This document shows positions 1-12,690 of a stretch of DNA of 64,000 nucleotides, in pieces (position 1 is the stretch's first letter; each line of letters starts with the position of its first letter). The stretch is taken from NCBI GenBank assembly GCA_907165135.1, contig OU015566.1, positions 12,586,001-12,650,000 on the forward strand. The letters are read 5' to 3'. The position numbers were made by a program, and so were the translations under genes. This DNA comes from Oikopleura dioica. Lineage: Eukaryota > Animalia > Chordata. The notes under the pieces are model-generated. The model was not told where the DNA came from. It worked only from the letters and a program-made list of their open reading frames with translations, and did not search any database.

Positions 1-1407
1 AATTTCGCGTGGTACCATTGCTTGTACATTTTTCGATAAGGATCGCACTCTGGGGACTCCTTCACCAATCCAGCTTCAAGTCTGAAAAATTTTTTTATGA
101 ATCAATTATTTTATTTGAGAGCTTACTTTTCTTGATAATCGACAAGTCGAAAAGGTGCATCTTCATACACATCATTTGCAAAGTAAAACCAGTTATTACG
201 ATCATACTCATCTTCAGAATCCCAGTACTCGTCATCATCATCCTTCTTCTTCGAGCTTTTCTTTTGCTCTTTTGGTTTTCCGTTGTCTTTCTTTGTGGCA
301 GATTTATCAGAAGCTTTAGCTTGAGTCTAAATGATTTATCAGCAATTTTTTCCTAAATCTTATTTTACCGTAGTCTTTGGAACTATTAGCATCTTGACTG
401 GATCCGCTTCGTGCCATTGTCGGTATTTTCGAGATTGTTGATAGGAAGCAAAGCCTGGGGAAAATTCAGTCCTTTGGTTGTGACCGATCAATCTCATGTT
501 CTCAAAGTACATTTGACGATAAGGGTCATGAAGAGGACTCCTAGTCACTTGACCAGATTCAAGCCTAAACCAATTTTTAATAAAATCCTAGATTTCACAA
601 AAACATACTTCATTTTATAATCGAGCATTCTGTAAGGTAAATTCGCAGTGTAGAACCAGTCATCGTCATAAGAATTTACTTGATTTTGAAAATCCGCTTC
701 AGCCTTCATCTCGAATGGATTTTCGTTCTTGATCTTCATGTTTAGCCGTGATTCTTTGTTGCTAAAGTTGTATTGTAGCAAATGCGAAAGGCCTAGGGCA
801 ACTGTTTTCTTTGGCTCATTCATCGGAGGTTTTGTGGCAGTTGTTTTTTCATTCTTCGCTGGGAGGACTTTTGGTTTTCGGGCGCTTCTTTTCGTGTTCT
901 TGGACGTAGATTTTTTCCCATACTCGACGCCAACACATCTCGCATCCGGATCATCATAAAGTTCTTTTAACTCCTGACATCTCTGACAAAGGTGGTGCGG
1001 ATGAGGCCTTTCTACTTCCTCTTCAGATTCGAGTTCTTCATCAGAGTCCCTTATATCATGCTCACGAAGCATAACAGGAAAGCAGTGAGTACTACACTTT
1101 TGACATTGTTGCCATTTTTTATGAGAGGCATTTCCGGAAAACCAATGCTTTTTGCAGCGATCGCACCAAAATTTGCCAAAAAGCCTTCCTTCATAATCAT
1201 ATTGATACGGCTCAATTGTCGAATGACAATGATAACACTCCTGCTCTTCCGCCTTGTAATTTACATAAATAAATTGATAATAATTAATAATAATAATTGA
1301 CATAATTTTGAGAATTAATAATTTACTTGATGCTTGTCGTTTGACCACTTCGGTTTTATCTTGCAATTTTTATTCTCGCATCGGAAATATCTCGTTATTT
1401 TGCCCAT
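1..1407 (-). CDS. 3CxxC-type zinc-binding protein (ZCCHC24 C-terminus/RTP-like); multi-exon, 3' end runs off the window
   Basis: Spliced reading MGKITRYFRCENKNC...EQECYHC then FGKFWCDRCKKHWFSGNAS..WQQCQKC..HCFP...HPHHLCQRC fits the zf-3CxxC pattern. GT-AG introns of 44 nt (565-608) and 45 nt (82-126) restore the frame. Confidence 0.75.
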
Positions 1408-2022
1408 GATTTGTTGCTCTGAGTTGGACAACAAGGAAAAATAAAAGAAAATTTTTGATTCATTGATGCTATCTAGAAAAAAGGGGAACGACGCAAGATG
1501 ACAAAGCTTTGATTTGATAATAATCATGCATGGTATTTATTGATGTTTGGCAAATTGCTGTATAAAATCAGTACTGAAATACAGAATAAAAAGTTAGGAC
1601 TAAGATTAAGACATTTATGTGTCGGGCGCATTTGTGCGCCGTCGTTTCACCGAATGGATTAGAGCAATGGTAAAGTTGTTTGCAAATTGCTTGTTGGATG
1701 GTTTCGCTTTTTTGAATTGGTGTTGAACTTTGTTGGCGTGTTGTGGCTTTGCCGACTTCGGTCGGGTTCAGTCTCTCTGTGGGGAGCGACTGATGAGGTC
1801 AGGTGACTCGGCAAGTTGCTTGAAGGATCGCATGCTGAAGGTAACTAGAATTTATGTTAAATAAAGATGCTGGAGAAAATTTCGTACCGTGGCTCCTTGG
1901 TAAGAAAGATTGAAGAAATGATCAGGGCCTGGATCCAAATTGATCGCAGACCCGGGCCTGAAAAACTCAAGGCCTTGAAAACTGGCAGTTTTGTATTACT
2001 CGTATGCACATTTGAAATTCGA

Positions 2023-4328
2023 TTAGTAGCCTTTTCCAGACAAGCCGGATTTGTAATCGTAATCGCCGTAATAGTAGCTGTATGCCGCGGTATTGTAGGG
2101 CTCCACAGTTGTAGAAGCTCCGTAGGTCATTTTATCCGCTGCGATGGTATTCTTTACCCATCCTTCGTAATTGGCCATGTTCGCATAAATGCCGAGATGA
2201 CCAACTTTTCCGCAGTCAGAGAATCCGAAAGAAGTGACTCCAGCGAGATAGTACTGGCCTGAATTTTGATCAAGGCATGACAAGGGTCCACCAGAATCTC
2301 CGCCGCAGCTGTCAAGACCGACTTTGGAGGAGTCTCCAGCGCACATGTGGGAGTCTTCCTGAAGGAGCTTGTACCAGATGCCAGTTTTTCTACATTGGTT
2401 GAAGCTGACGACTGGAATTTCAGCATCCTTCAAGTGATACGATAGCTTGGTGTCCTTTGGATTGCCAGTGGTGTAGCCCCAGCCGGAGATGGAACATTTA
2501 TCACCGTGTTTTGGTTTTCTTCCGCCACCAAGACAGATTGGAAGTCGATCGAAACCATAGGTGATTTCAGTTCGGAGCTTCAGGAGCGCGATATCGTGAT
2601 GAGTGATGTATTGGAAGCGGTATTCACTGTAGGGAATTATCTTTTCGAGCAAGAATCGAGTACCGTCGCTGTTCTTATTCGCCACATCGTCGTGCTTGTA
2701 GTTGAGCTTGTCCATGCCAACAACGATCGCCCAATCGTCACCGGGGTTGTTGTTGTCAGTGAAATAGCCGGATTCTTCGATGCAATGCGCCGCAGTAACG
2801 ATCCACTTGTTATCGACAATCGATCCACCACAGAGATGCTTCCATTCGCAGTTGTTTCGATGATTGCAGTTTCGATGCTGAAGAGACACTTGCCAAGGCC
2901 ATTCACCATCGTTCGAAATTGCGCCTCCGTGGATTCGAAGGTTCACTTTCGGTCGATCAGGAAATTGGCTTGGCTGAGTTCCACACTGCCATTCATTCGT
3001 TGCGGGTGATTTCGTGCTTTTAGGTCGAGCGGTGAAACATGGGTGAGTATTGCACGGTTTCTGAGTATACGCATCTCCCTTGCACTTTGAATCGTCGACG
3101 TAATTGCCGTTCACTTTGTTGATGCAGCTTCTGAAGCCGTAGGAGATTCCTCCTCCGCAATCTTTATCGCATTCGTTGAACTCGAACGAAGTCCAGGCAT
3201 ATGCTTCTGGAGAAGAACAGGGGTGAGTATTGCACTTGACTCTGGCAGTTGTTGGGCCGGAGCCGCAATTACTCTCGTCGACGACGTAGCGAGTTCCTTG
3301 CTTGAAACATTGACGCTTGGCGATTGTGGTACCACCGCCGCATTCTTTTGAGCAAGAAGTGTACTCGAAAAGACCCCATTCATAGCCTCCGCAATTCGCC
3401 GGCTAAGAAAGGTTAGATCGACGACTGAGAGGAGAAAACTTACATTGCATCGTTGTCGTTCAACAGCACTACCAGGGCAGTCTCTGCTTCCAACACTAGA
3501 ATTCTTGCAGAATCGTCGCCTGAGCCTGAATCCTTCACCGCAGGTTACGCTGCACTTGCCCCACGCGGCCCACATTGACCATCCCGGCTGAGTCAGTCCC
3601 TTCTTCGGTGCCTTAGAGGAAGTAATCTGGGCATAAGAAGAGTATTGATTTTTATTTTTCTTTTGTTGTTGTAATTTACGCCTTTGCTTGGCAGTCAAGC
3701 GTCGTCTCTGAAATACAAGAGTGATGAAAACTTGAACTGTTATTCTGAAAGATTGACACCGAAATTCAGTGAGTTGAGTTCAGCCGAAGCGGGGAGAGAG
3801 AGGTTCCATTCTTTGGCTTGATTTTTAAATCTGGGATTCCAGAATTTTTGATTCTTGAGTTTCCGACATTGATCATTTTTAGTAGGAAAAGCAAGCTTGC
3901 ATTCATTTCATTTCACATAATGTAATGAGAGTATATGAGCATGAGCATCAAAGTTGCTTTACCTCATGGTTAGAATTAGGTCGACCAGGGTATGAGAGAC
4001 TCAGCTGTCTGTCTGTGTTAATACTAGCGTCGGAGTTAGTTCTTACCTGTCCGTTTCCGGAGCGACGAACTCGCTCGTTACTCATCATCGGTTCGGGAAA
4101 GAGGATCACACTTGCATCCATCTTACCGACGAACTCGGTTTCTTCAAGTTCCCGAATCGTGACTACATTATAAGTTGGAAAAGCCCCTTTTTGAAAGATT
4201 TCTTTACCCTCCACGAATTTGGGTTCATCATCATTCTGGTTCTGGATCTGTTCAATGTCCAGAGCTCCAGCAGCGACATGTCCAACTAGCGAGAGCAAAA
4301 GCAGCTTTGCAGCACATTTTCTAACCAT
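2023..4328 (-). CDS. Secreted trypsin-like (S1A) serine protease with three thrombospondin type-1 repeats
   Basis: Signal peptide MVRKCAAKLLLLSLVGHVAAG; TSP1 motifs WSMWAAWGKCSVTCGEG, CSKECGGG, CDKDCGGG after removing a short intron near 3405-3445; activation site R|IHGG; triad TAAHC, HDIALL, GDSGGP; S1 Asp in LDSC. Confidence 0.92.
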
Positions 4329-6477
4329 TCCAAAGGTGAGCTCGGAAACCTGAGCCGCCGTTCTAGTAAACGCTGTTGTTACCAGCTTAGAACGTCCGAC
4401 AACGAGGTTTAAAAATATACTGAAATAAAATTAAACCCTGGAAAGGACGCTAAAAGAAATTAATAATAAACGATTCTTACAGAAAACTAATTAAAAAAGG
4501 GCCGGGTTGTTCTGAAGCACTTCTCCCGATGTAGCCTCGTTCAGCACGGTGAGATCAGGAAATCGTCTAAAAATAATGTCAATAAGCAGCTTTTCCTCAA
4601 GTTACGTCATGGAAACAAATTGCACAACAAAAAGCCAGCTTCGTTGAACCCCGCGCATCCGTAAGAATGTTCCACCCCAAAATATTTACACCAAGCTCTA
4701 ATTCTCCTTTCAAATATTTCTCTAACCTAATCCAAATATTATTTATTCCCTCAGCCTCTTTTTGGAGGCTTTCCAGACTCTATTCTCGTCTTTAGGTACC
4801 TTTTTCTGCTCGTTAACTAAGATTCAAAACTAAGACTCTTCATTCATATTCGTTTATTTAAATATCTCTTTAGTAAAATGTTTTTGTTTTGTTTCAAAAA
4901 AGTGTTAAAAAGGATTTTCTGTTTATTTCGGAAGTGATCTGATATCAGGGTTCCATAAGGTGCCGCCGGCGGCGCACGACGTCTCTAGTCCTACCACTAG
5001 TCCGGCCACAAGTTATCCAACAAAAATCCCTTCGCAAACAAGCTTGATTCGCCAAGCAGGTTCAATTCACGCAAGTTATTCAAGAGTCCCCCTTGCTCGT
5101 TCTGAGGACCCAAACAGCTTCAACTCCTTCGAGCAAATATGCGACACTTACCGTATGGATATTCTAAATCTAACAGGGCTCTGATCTGATTCTCTTGGTA
5201 GTCAGTAGGCCTCCAGACGTATTTCCGTGGCTTTTTTCAAGGATACACACATGTTCTATTTTTTATTCTCTTATCGCTAAGCTCATTTTCGGTTATTTTT
5301 CTCTAACAAGCGAAAACATAAAAAAATCTAAAAGTGTGTTTATCCCCCGGTCCCTTCAATTTAGTCTGTCAGCTAGGACGAAAAATTTCTCTCAGGAGGT
5401 GGTGGAGCGCTTGGTGGAACACACACCAACACCGAAAAGCGGGTGCGCCTGGTGTAGTAATAATTCCCGAAAGGGGACGCCGCGCTATTTATCAGAAAAT
5501 CCACAATTATCTTATTTGGTTCAATCAAAAACGTGCTAAAGTAAACGTGAAATCATGGAGGACTCATCCATTTTTTAAAATAATTCGTATAATTATTGAT
5601 TTTTCATTTTTTCGAATGATTTTTTGGGCTGTAGATATTTTGTCTTTGGAAAAATATTGTTGAAAAAAGCTGCGATTCACTTCCAAGTGCTAGAATCACC
5701 AAAAAATTAGCCGCAACAAGTTTGGCCTTTTCCCTTTTTTGAACGAAAATTTAACCTTGTTTCCTCAAAGTTCACAGCTGGGTTATTACATCTTCTCCGT
5801 TCTAAATGCTGACGATTTCTTTAACACGTTCACGGAAATTCTAGTGGTGTCTTTTTCGCCAATTACCAGGCCAATTTTGTCTGTGGGTACTTTTTTGGGC
5901 TCAAGGTCCAGATATGCATTCAACTTCTAGCGAGATTGGCACGTGACGCGCGGAGGAACTAGACTCAAGAATAATTGTCAGGTAAGTTACATAACCGACC
6001 GTCCGGTCCTCCACTTTTGCTCCCGAGCGCCGCCGATTAGCCACTAAGGGGACGAGGACTTCACCGAACAAACGAATGTTCTTAGAAGCAACAAACTAGA
6101 TTGACGCAAAAGTGAATACCCAATGTGTGGTCACCCCAAATGTCACAAAAAATGGACTCAATGAACCAATGAGTAAGGAATTCACCCAGTTAATGGATCA
6201 TTTAGCTGTTATAAAATCAATGTAGTTTTGCATGTTTCAGTCTGCGTTGAACCCAGGTGTAGCTTTTATCATGGATGTAGAATGGCTATCTCTCCATAAG
6301 AAATTATCTAAAAACGCTATTGCTATCATTGATAGTCTATCAAGATTTGACCAATAAGATATTTTGCTGATGATATTAACACTTTTTCTGCTGAGAATAT
6401 TTATTTGTGGGTAAATTGTAATTCAGAAGGAAAGGGCTTTAGACAGACATTACAATTAGATTCAACAATTAGAGATT

Positions 6478-8366
6478 TTACGAATCTGTCTTTTCCATAA
6501 AGATCCACTCATCGGGGGTCTTACTCAGAATTATATCCCAAAAATCTCGCTTGAAATAGCTGAATGATTGCAGATCAGAAATTTTGAAAAATTGATTTCC
6601 GTTGATTTCATCTTTTTCTATTTTCCATTCAAAATTATCGTCTGGTTTGTCTGGCAATTCGCTCATCGCAATTTTTTGGGGAGATTCAGGATGTTCCACC
6701 GATCGAAAAGGGTTTGCAAATTTTAAGATTCCGGAGTCATTAATTGCAATTCGGTAAACATCTTTCTTGATCTCGATGATTCTAATAACAGAAGCACCCT
6801 CTTGAAAAGAATTAAGTCGTAGGAAGCTTCTTCCAGTATGATCATTTTCGAGCACCCAGTACGCCTAAAATTTTGATAATTAAGGGACCCGGTTAGGCAA
6901 CGGCGAGCTGAACTTCACGCGCCCGTCGTTACTCTTGTGAATAATATTTTTCAAAAATTCTTTTTGCTAATGATATCTGCAGATCACCAGCTTTCTCATC
7001 CAATTTTCAGTTTTTGCCTATCATCACTCGTTCATGAGCCAGGTCCGAAAGAAGGAGCGCAACTTCAAAAGGGTGTTTGAAGAGAAATCCTTTTTCAATC
7101 TTCATAAAAGCGGCACTATTGAAAAGCCCATTAAATTCTCTACAAATCTTACCTATCGCGCAAAAATGAATCATTACTAATTGCGGATTAATGGCTGATA
7201 AACTGGAGAACTTAGCGCGCTCAGCACGCCACAGCGCTGCAGGACGCTCCGAAATAGCTCCGGGACATGAATCCCGCTGGGCGTGCGCTAAGAAGTTTTG
7301 TTTATCTGACCTGTATCGCTAATAAGTACAGCTTCAGATTTGCGCGATAGGTAAGATCTGTGGAGAATTTTATGAGCTTTTTAATGGTGCCGCTTTCATG
7401 AAGATTGAAAAAGGATTGCTCTTCAAACACCCTTTTGAAGTTGCGCTCCTTCTTTCGGACCTGGCTCATGAACGAGTGATGATAGGCAAAAACTAAAAAT
7501 TGGATGAGAAAGCTGGTGATCTGCACATATCATTAGCAAAAAGAATTTTTGAAAAATATTATTCACAAGAGTAACGACGGGCGCGTGAAGTTCAGCTCGC
7601 CGTTGCCTAACCGGGTCCCTTAAAGTCATAATACTGCATGCTTACACTGTCGCATCTATGTTCAGAATCTCTCCTTCCGCAGACTGTTCCAGATATCTCT
7701 TTCGGAAAAGGCGACTCAGTAGTGAAATCTTCTGAAATTGTTGTCATCTCTTCTGTTGTTGGCGGGTATGTCGTGATCTTAGCTGTCGGTTCTTCTGTTG
7801 CTATTGTCGTGTCGATCGGGTTTCGAACTGCAGTGGTCTGTGTTATTTTTGTCGTCAACGATATTAATGATTCTGTTGTAGCGGATGTGGCTGCCATCGT
7901 TGGTAAAGTCATTGCAGTTGTTATTGCAGTTGACGAAGTCTCATCTTTTGTTGTCGTCGATGATGAGGATGATTCAATGCCAGCTGAGGTAGCGTCTGTT
8001 CTTGAGTCAGTCGTTGGCATTGTTGCAGTCGTCAATATCTCATCTATTGTTATTGTCGACAAAATCGATGTTGATGTCATTGTAGAAGATGAGCTTGATG
8101 GGAACGTTGTTGTTAATATAGTTGGAGGAGTTGTCGTTGTAGACGTCGTTGTTGTCGTCTTCGCTATTGTTGTTTTATAGTTATTCGTCACAATTGGAAC
8201 TGTTATTCCAACCACAATGCCGATAAGTATCACTAAAGAGAATTAATTTATTCAATCACATAAAAATCATACAGAGAATCGAAAGAATGAGACCAACGAG
8301 TCTCTTCTTGCTTCGTTTTATCGGGACGAAATTTTCGTCTTGGATTTGTTCTTCTTCGGAAGTCAT
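6478..8366 (-). CDS. Type II membrane protein with Thr/Ser-rich mucin-like stalk and an unidentified C-terminal domain (3' end uncertain)
   Basis: ATG at 8366 gives MTSEEEQIQDENFVPIKRSKKR, then a hydrophobic segment across a 40-nt intron (8233-8272), ~170 aa Thr-rich stalk, and in-frame splice 7645->6865 giving CDS|AYWVLEND. Confidence 0.7.
6884..7619. mobile_element. 736-bp MITE with ~280-bp terminal inverted repeats and TTAA target-site duplication (Kolobok- or piggyBac-like)
   Basis: 6884-~7163 is the near-exact reverse complement of ~7339-7619; termini GGGACCCGG...CCGGGTCCC; TTAA at 6880-6883 and 7620-7623. Confidence 0.9.
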
Positions 8367-8740
8367 TTTTTCAAGAGTGAGAAAATTTCACAACATCCGC
8401 TTGTATTATGCCCCACTATCGCGCCGATACTGTCAGATAACACACTTCTCGTGGAAGAGTTCCAACTTTCTAAGCCTGTAAATCCCCTGGCTACAGTGTG
8501 GATTCTACTCTATACAAGATTCTCGAAGATTCCTACGAATTCTTCGAAGAAAAAGGCGCCAGAGAGAAGAAATTTTCATGGGAAAAATTCGTCTTCCGTT
8601 TTCTTCCTTCAAAGAAATCAGAGTCTTCCACCATCAACATTGCATTCTTACTGAAATTCACTTTTTCGGAAGGATTTGACTATCTGTCAATTAATCAAAA
8701 GGCCAATTTTATTTCCGTAAAATTTTATTGAAACAGGAAT

Positions 8741-10490
8741 TCAAACATTGTTCAAACAAAAATCGAAAGAAGCATGATAAAGAATTGGCCAGTACTCCGC
8801 TCTATTATGACTTCCTATCACTGTAGTGTTTTTGATTTGATCATCTTCAAGGTCAATTCGTTGCAGTGGATATCCATCGTAACTCTGTCCAGAAATTACG
8901 TAAATTGACGATCCTATCAAAATTGAACCACCAGTAGACAGGCCCTTAAAGGAACAGTTAATGCTTTGTTCACTAAACGAGACCTTACCTTTTCCATGTA
9001 GCCATCGATGGACCACTGTCCGTTTTCGAGTCTCCAAACATCTTTTCGATTGCTGTATCCGCCGATTAGTAGCAATGAGCCAGAGTCCAGTCCGACAAGG
9101 TTGTGAAGCTTGACATCCCTTATTTAGGCATTAGAATTTCGAGAATATGAGCCAATCTTACTCAGGGTGGTCTGCAAGAGATTTCCATCCGTCGCTCGTC
9201 AATGTTTCAACTTTACTTGTACCATCGTAAAACCAGCTTCCAACGGTTGTTGGGTTTCCTTCGTACATACCGAGACCGCCAGTAGGATGACTGTATTGAG
9301 AAGGCATCGTTGAAGAGCAAGTGTAGCCGTCGAATCTATCACAGTTGTTTCCAGAGCTTGTTATTTCTGGAAAGCAGATCAAGGCCTCGCTTCCATCATT
9401 TATTGCGAGAGCTGCTTCGCCTCCCCTTGAAGCGGAAAAACTGAGCAGAGCGGGAAGTTGGACAAAGGAACAACCTTCTAGTCGGGCAATCTACTCAAAA
9501 CTAAAGATCCGTCTTATCCACAAGAAGCCTACCTTTTGACTATCATAGCTTCCTCCGAAAATATGTAGATGATCGTTAACGATAGCATAAGAAGCATATC
9601 TGACGAAGTTTTCTGAGGGAGCATTTATAGTTGGCTTCAAACTTGAACTGCCGTCGCCAGATAGAATGTATGCATTTGAAAGACCTGTTTCAACGAAGAT
9701 CATGAGCGCAGTATCTTTCTGAAGAGAAAGATAAAAACAGACTGATCGAATTTTGAATCTTACAGGAGCGATCGGAGCAAGTGTTGTTGTCGTTGTGGTG
9801 GTTGTAGTTGTTGTTGTGGTGGTGGTGGTGGTTGTTGTTGTTGTCTGAATGGGCATGATAATTCAAGAAGAACAGTGCTTGATTTACCTCCGGTTCAAGG
9901 CAGGGACATGTTGCCATTTCTTCCCGGTACTCAGCATAGCAGCTGTCGTAGCACTCAAAGCTCGGTGGACATTGCTTCGAGCAAACGTTCTTAATAAAAA
10001 ATATTTCTTTCCGGGCAGAGCATGCAAGACTTACAAATTGATCAAGCGCGATTTGCAAGCAAACACGATAATGGTCGTTGTTCTCTTGCGCGAAGTCACA
10101 ATCGTGGCAAAGTTGATGCTCGCAGTCATCACAGCCGCCGGGGCAGTTGAGTCCGCATGGACAAAACGAATCGCAAGCTTAGAAAGATTTATGGAAAATT
10201 CGGTAACGGATTCAATCTTACATTGAAAAGTCTCCAAACATTCACTGTGACAATATGAGGATTCGCAATGAGACATACAGTCGACGTAGTCCACTCGGCA
10301 AAATGTCAAACACTGATCATAAAGATCAGGAACACTGAAGAAAACATTTAAGAATTTCGAACTCGGCGGCCCTAACTTAGGGTTAGGGTTAGAGCTCCTT
10401 CGGAAGCATCTTTACTTACTCGCATTCCATATCCGTTGTAGGAATTAGGGAACAAGCTGCAAAATTCAGACAAGTTATCAAAAATATCAT
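8741..10490 (-). CDS. Secreted protein: Cys-rich repeats + poly-Thr linker + Kelch/galactose-oxidase-like beta-propeller
   Basis: Signal-like MIFLITCLNFAACSLIP; Cys-rich exons (CDSFCPCGLNCPGGCDDC); 22-Thr run; propeller-type motifs HLHIFGG, GGLGMYEGNPTTVG, VETLTSDGWKSLADHP, IYVISG. Confidence 0.72.
9781..9846 (-). repeat. Imperfect (ACA/ACC)n trinucleotide repeat encoding poly-Thr
   Basis: (gtt/ggt)n on the + strand, in frame in the 9491-9856 ORF. Confidence 0.9.
10377..10392 (+). repeat. Short interstitial telomere-like repeat (TTAGGG)2TTAG in intron 1 of the Kelch gene
   Basis: Direct reading; similar CTAACCCTAACCCT tracts at 29079-29092 and 48838-48854. Confidence 0.6.
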
Positions 10491-11008
10491 GTTTTCTTTC
10501 TTATCAAAGATTAATTGATAAAAATTTTTGATCAGCGCGATATTTATGCACGCATATTTGCACTGGAAAGAGACCAGAAGCAGAAGGTAAATTTCAGATT
10601 CTTCTTCCAGAATGTTCCATCTTCCTCGGGAAGCATTCATTTTAGGGCATTTGAAAAACTCCCAATTTATTTTTTTTTTTGAGAAGAAGGGCATTTTATT
10701 TGAAGGAAGCATCAAAATATCATTTTAAGCAAGTTTGGCTGTTGAATTTTTTGAACTTTTACAGGGGCATTTTTTTTATTGTTTTTCTTGAACTTTATTT
10801 GTCTCAGCATTTGTCGTCGTTCTTAATTAAAAATTATGATTTGTAATAATAATTATTCAATTTGCAAAAGATGAAATACCTGGCGATATTTGACATCTTT
10901 ACTAGACAGTTTCTACATATTCAAGTTGCTCATTTTCACGCTGGATCTAAACAAAAATGAGTATCTCATTCATGTTTTATTATTCAAGTATCTCATTTTT
11001 GTTTTCAG

Positions 11009-12690
11009 TCAATTTATAAGCTCAAACCTGAGGTCATTAGTAACGATTGAAATTTCCGTCTTGTTACTGGCTGTTGTCGTTGTCCTTGGGGTAAGAAAGG
11101 ATCCAAGCTGAAAAGGGCCTAGACGAGGGGATCCTTGAAGCTTAGGGGTTAATCCGCCGGCTGTTAGGTCTGAACATATAAATTTATTACATGTTCCCGA
11201 TTTTTATCAAATAAAATTATCTTACAAGTTGAATTCGTAGCGTCAGAATTGGGAAAGTCGGTATCGCGAATGAGTTTGGCACCAGAGTGATATTGACTTG
11301 CTAGAATTCTTTCTCTCCGTCTCCTGAATATCAAGTGTTCATATTGCGTTTGCACTTGACCTAGATGAGGAAACATACGTTAGAAGACTCTTCAGCCTCG
11401 TTCTGAAGGAATTGTTCAGGAATGCGTAAAGCAGCGGGTTTATACAGCTATTCGACCAAGCGAGGATAACAGTGACCATATGGAAGCTATTAGTAAGGCT
11501 ATCATGCGCCCTTTCTCATGAATATTGAAATCAACGAGGAGTACACCGGGGATAAGCCGTTCCTACTTTGAGTCTGGACTGGATCCTCGAGATCGTTGGT
11601 ACTCGTGTTGTTTCCCCCAATCGATGTTGCCAAATCAAGGTTGAAAGAAATCCAATTTGGATAGATTCGATGCAGCAAATTGGAAATTTGGTTAGGCAAC
11701 CAGCAGACGAAGAAGATCAGAATCACCGAGGCCACGAGTCGGGTCGACTTGTCATGTTGCTTTTTTCGCTCGAATTGGCGGCCTGATCACGTGATTCATT
11801 TTTCCACGGTTTAAGTTGTTTCATACCTTGTCTCTTGGCAGATTTCTGGTTGTTTTCCTTGAAGCGCCGTTTTCTGAGGAAAACGAATATTGAAGTGTAG
11901 CAGTAAGTGATGACTATCAAAGGCAAAATAAAGGCAAATCCAACACGGGAGGTAATTTGAACATTCAACCAGAACTCGTGCTGCTCCGAGCCGATTTCTC
12001 CCGGAAATAGCCAGGCGCAGTGCGCTTGTTGTTTGTTCAAAACTTAAACGGGTTGAAAAACGTTGATGGTTACTCCTTACTTTTGTTGTTGATGTAGGTC
12101 ACTTGGCGAAAGGCAAAGGCTTGTAACGAGAAAACGATTGAAATACACCAGACTAGTAACGAGCAGAGCATCGAGTTTCGAACAGTTCTATTTTAATTCA
12201 TATTAATTTTTGGCTTTCTTGAATTATTAAACTAACCGATAAGGCCGCGAGTTGATGGCGATGACCACTGCCAGGTAGCGATCTATAGCCATTGCCATCA
12301 GAAGCTTTTGAGGATTTCATTTTTCATTATAATCAAAATTATTGTTTTAGGTTCCTTCTTGTTAAAATCCGTTCCAGAATGGACGATGACATATTCAAAA
12401 AAGTCACGAACGAGAAAACTCGACAAGCAGCATTTCCAAAGATCCACTCGTCTTGAATAAGGTCGAAGGCCCAGAACGGGATGGTAGAAACGAAGATGAA
12501 GTCCGCAATTGCCAAATTGGCGACATAGACATCTGCGCAACGCATCGTATCAAAAATGCATAACAACTTCCATACCTGTGCATGTTTTGCTGTTGCTGTT
12601 CAGAAACATCGAGCAGAAGATGACGAGCCCGTTCCCACACAGGCCCAGCATGCAGATGACGATGCATAAAGATGGCAGGATGATCTGAGG
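11009..12690 (-). CDS. Class A (rhodopsin-like) GPCR, peptide/chemokine-receptor-like; N-terminal exons not resolved
   Basis: TM1 GLCGN, TM2 VANLAIAD, TM3 AMAIDRY, TM5 FILPLIVITYCY, TM6 FFVCWLP, TM7 SNSCINPLLY reconstructed across short introns. Confidence 0.9.

Noticed and set aside
5562-5576. ACTCATCCATTTTTT resembling the start of the Oikopleura spliced leader
   Set aside because: Similarity stops after ~15 nt, with no following donor site or Sm-site context.
7638-8180. Val-rich 180-aa + strand ORF
   Set aside because: Antisense shadow of the Thr-rich mucin stalk.
11140-11152. CTTAGGGGTT as a telomere-like motif
   Set aside because: It falls in the predicted last GPCR exon (LTPKLQ) on the minus strand.
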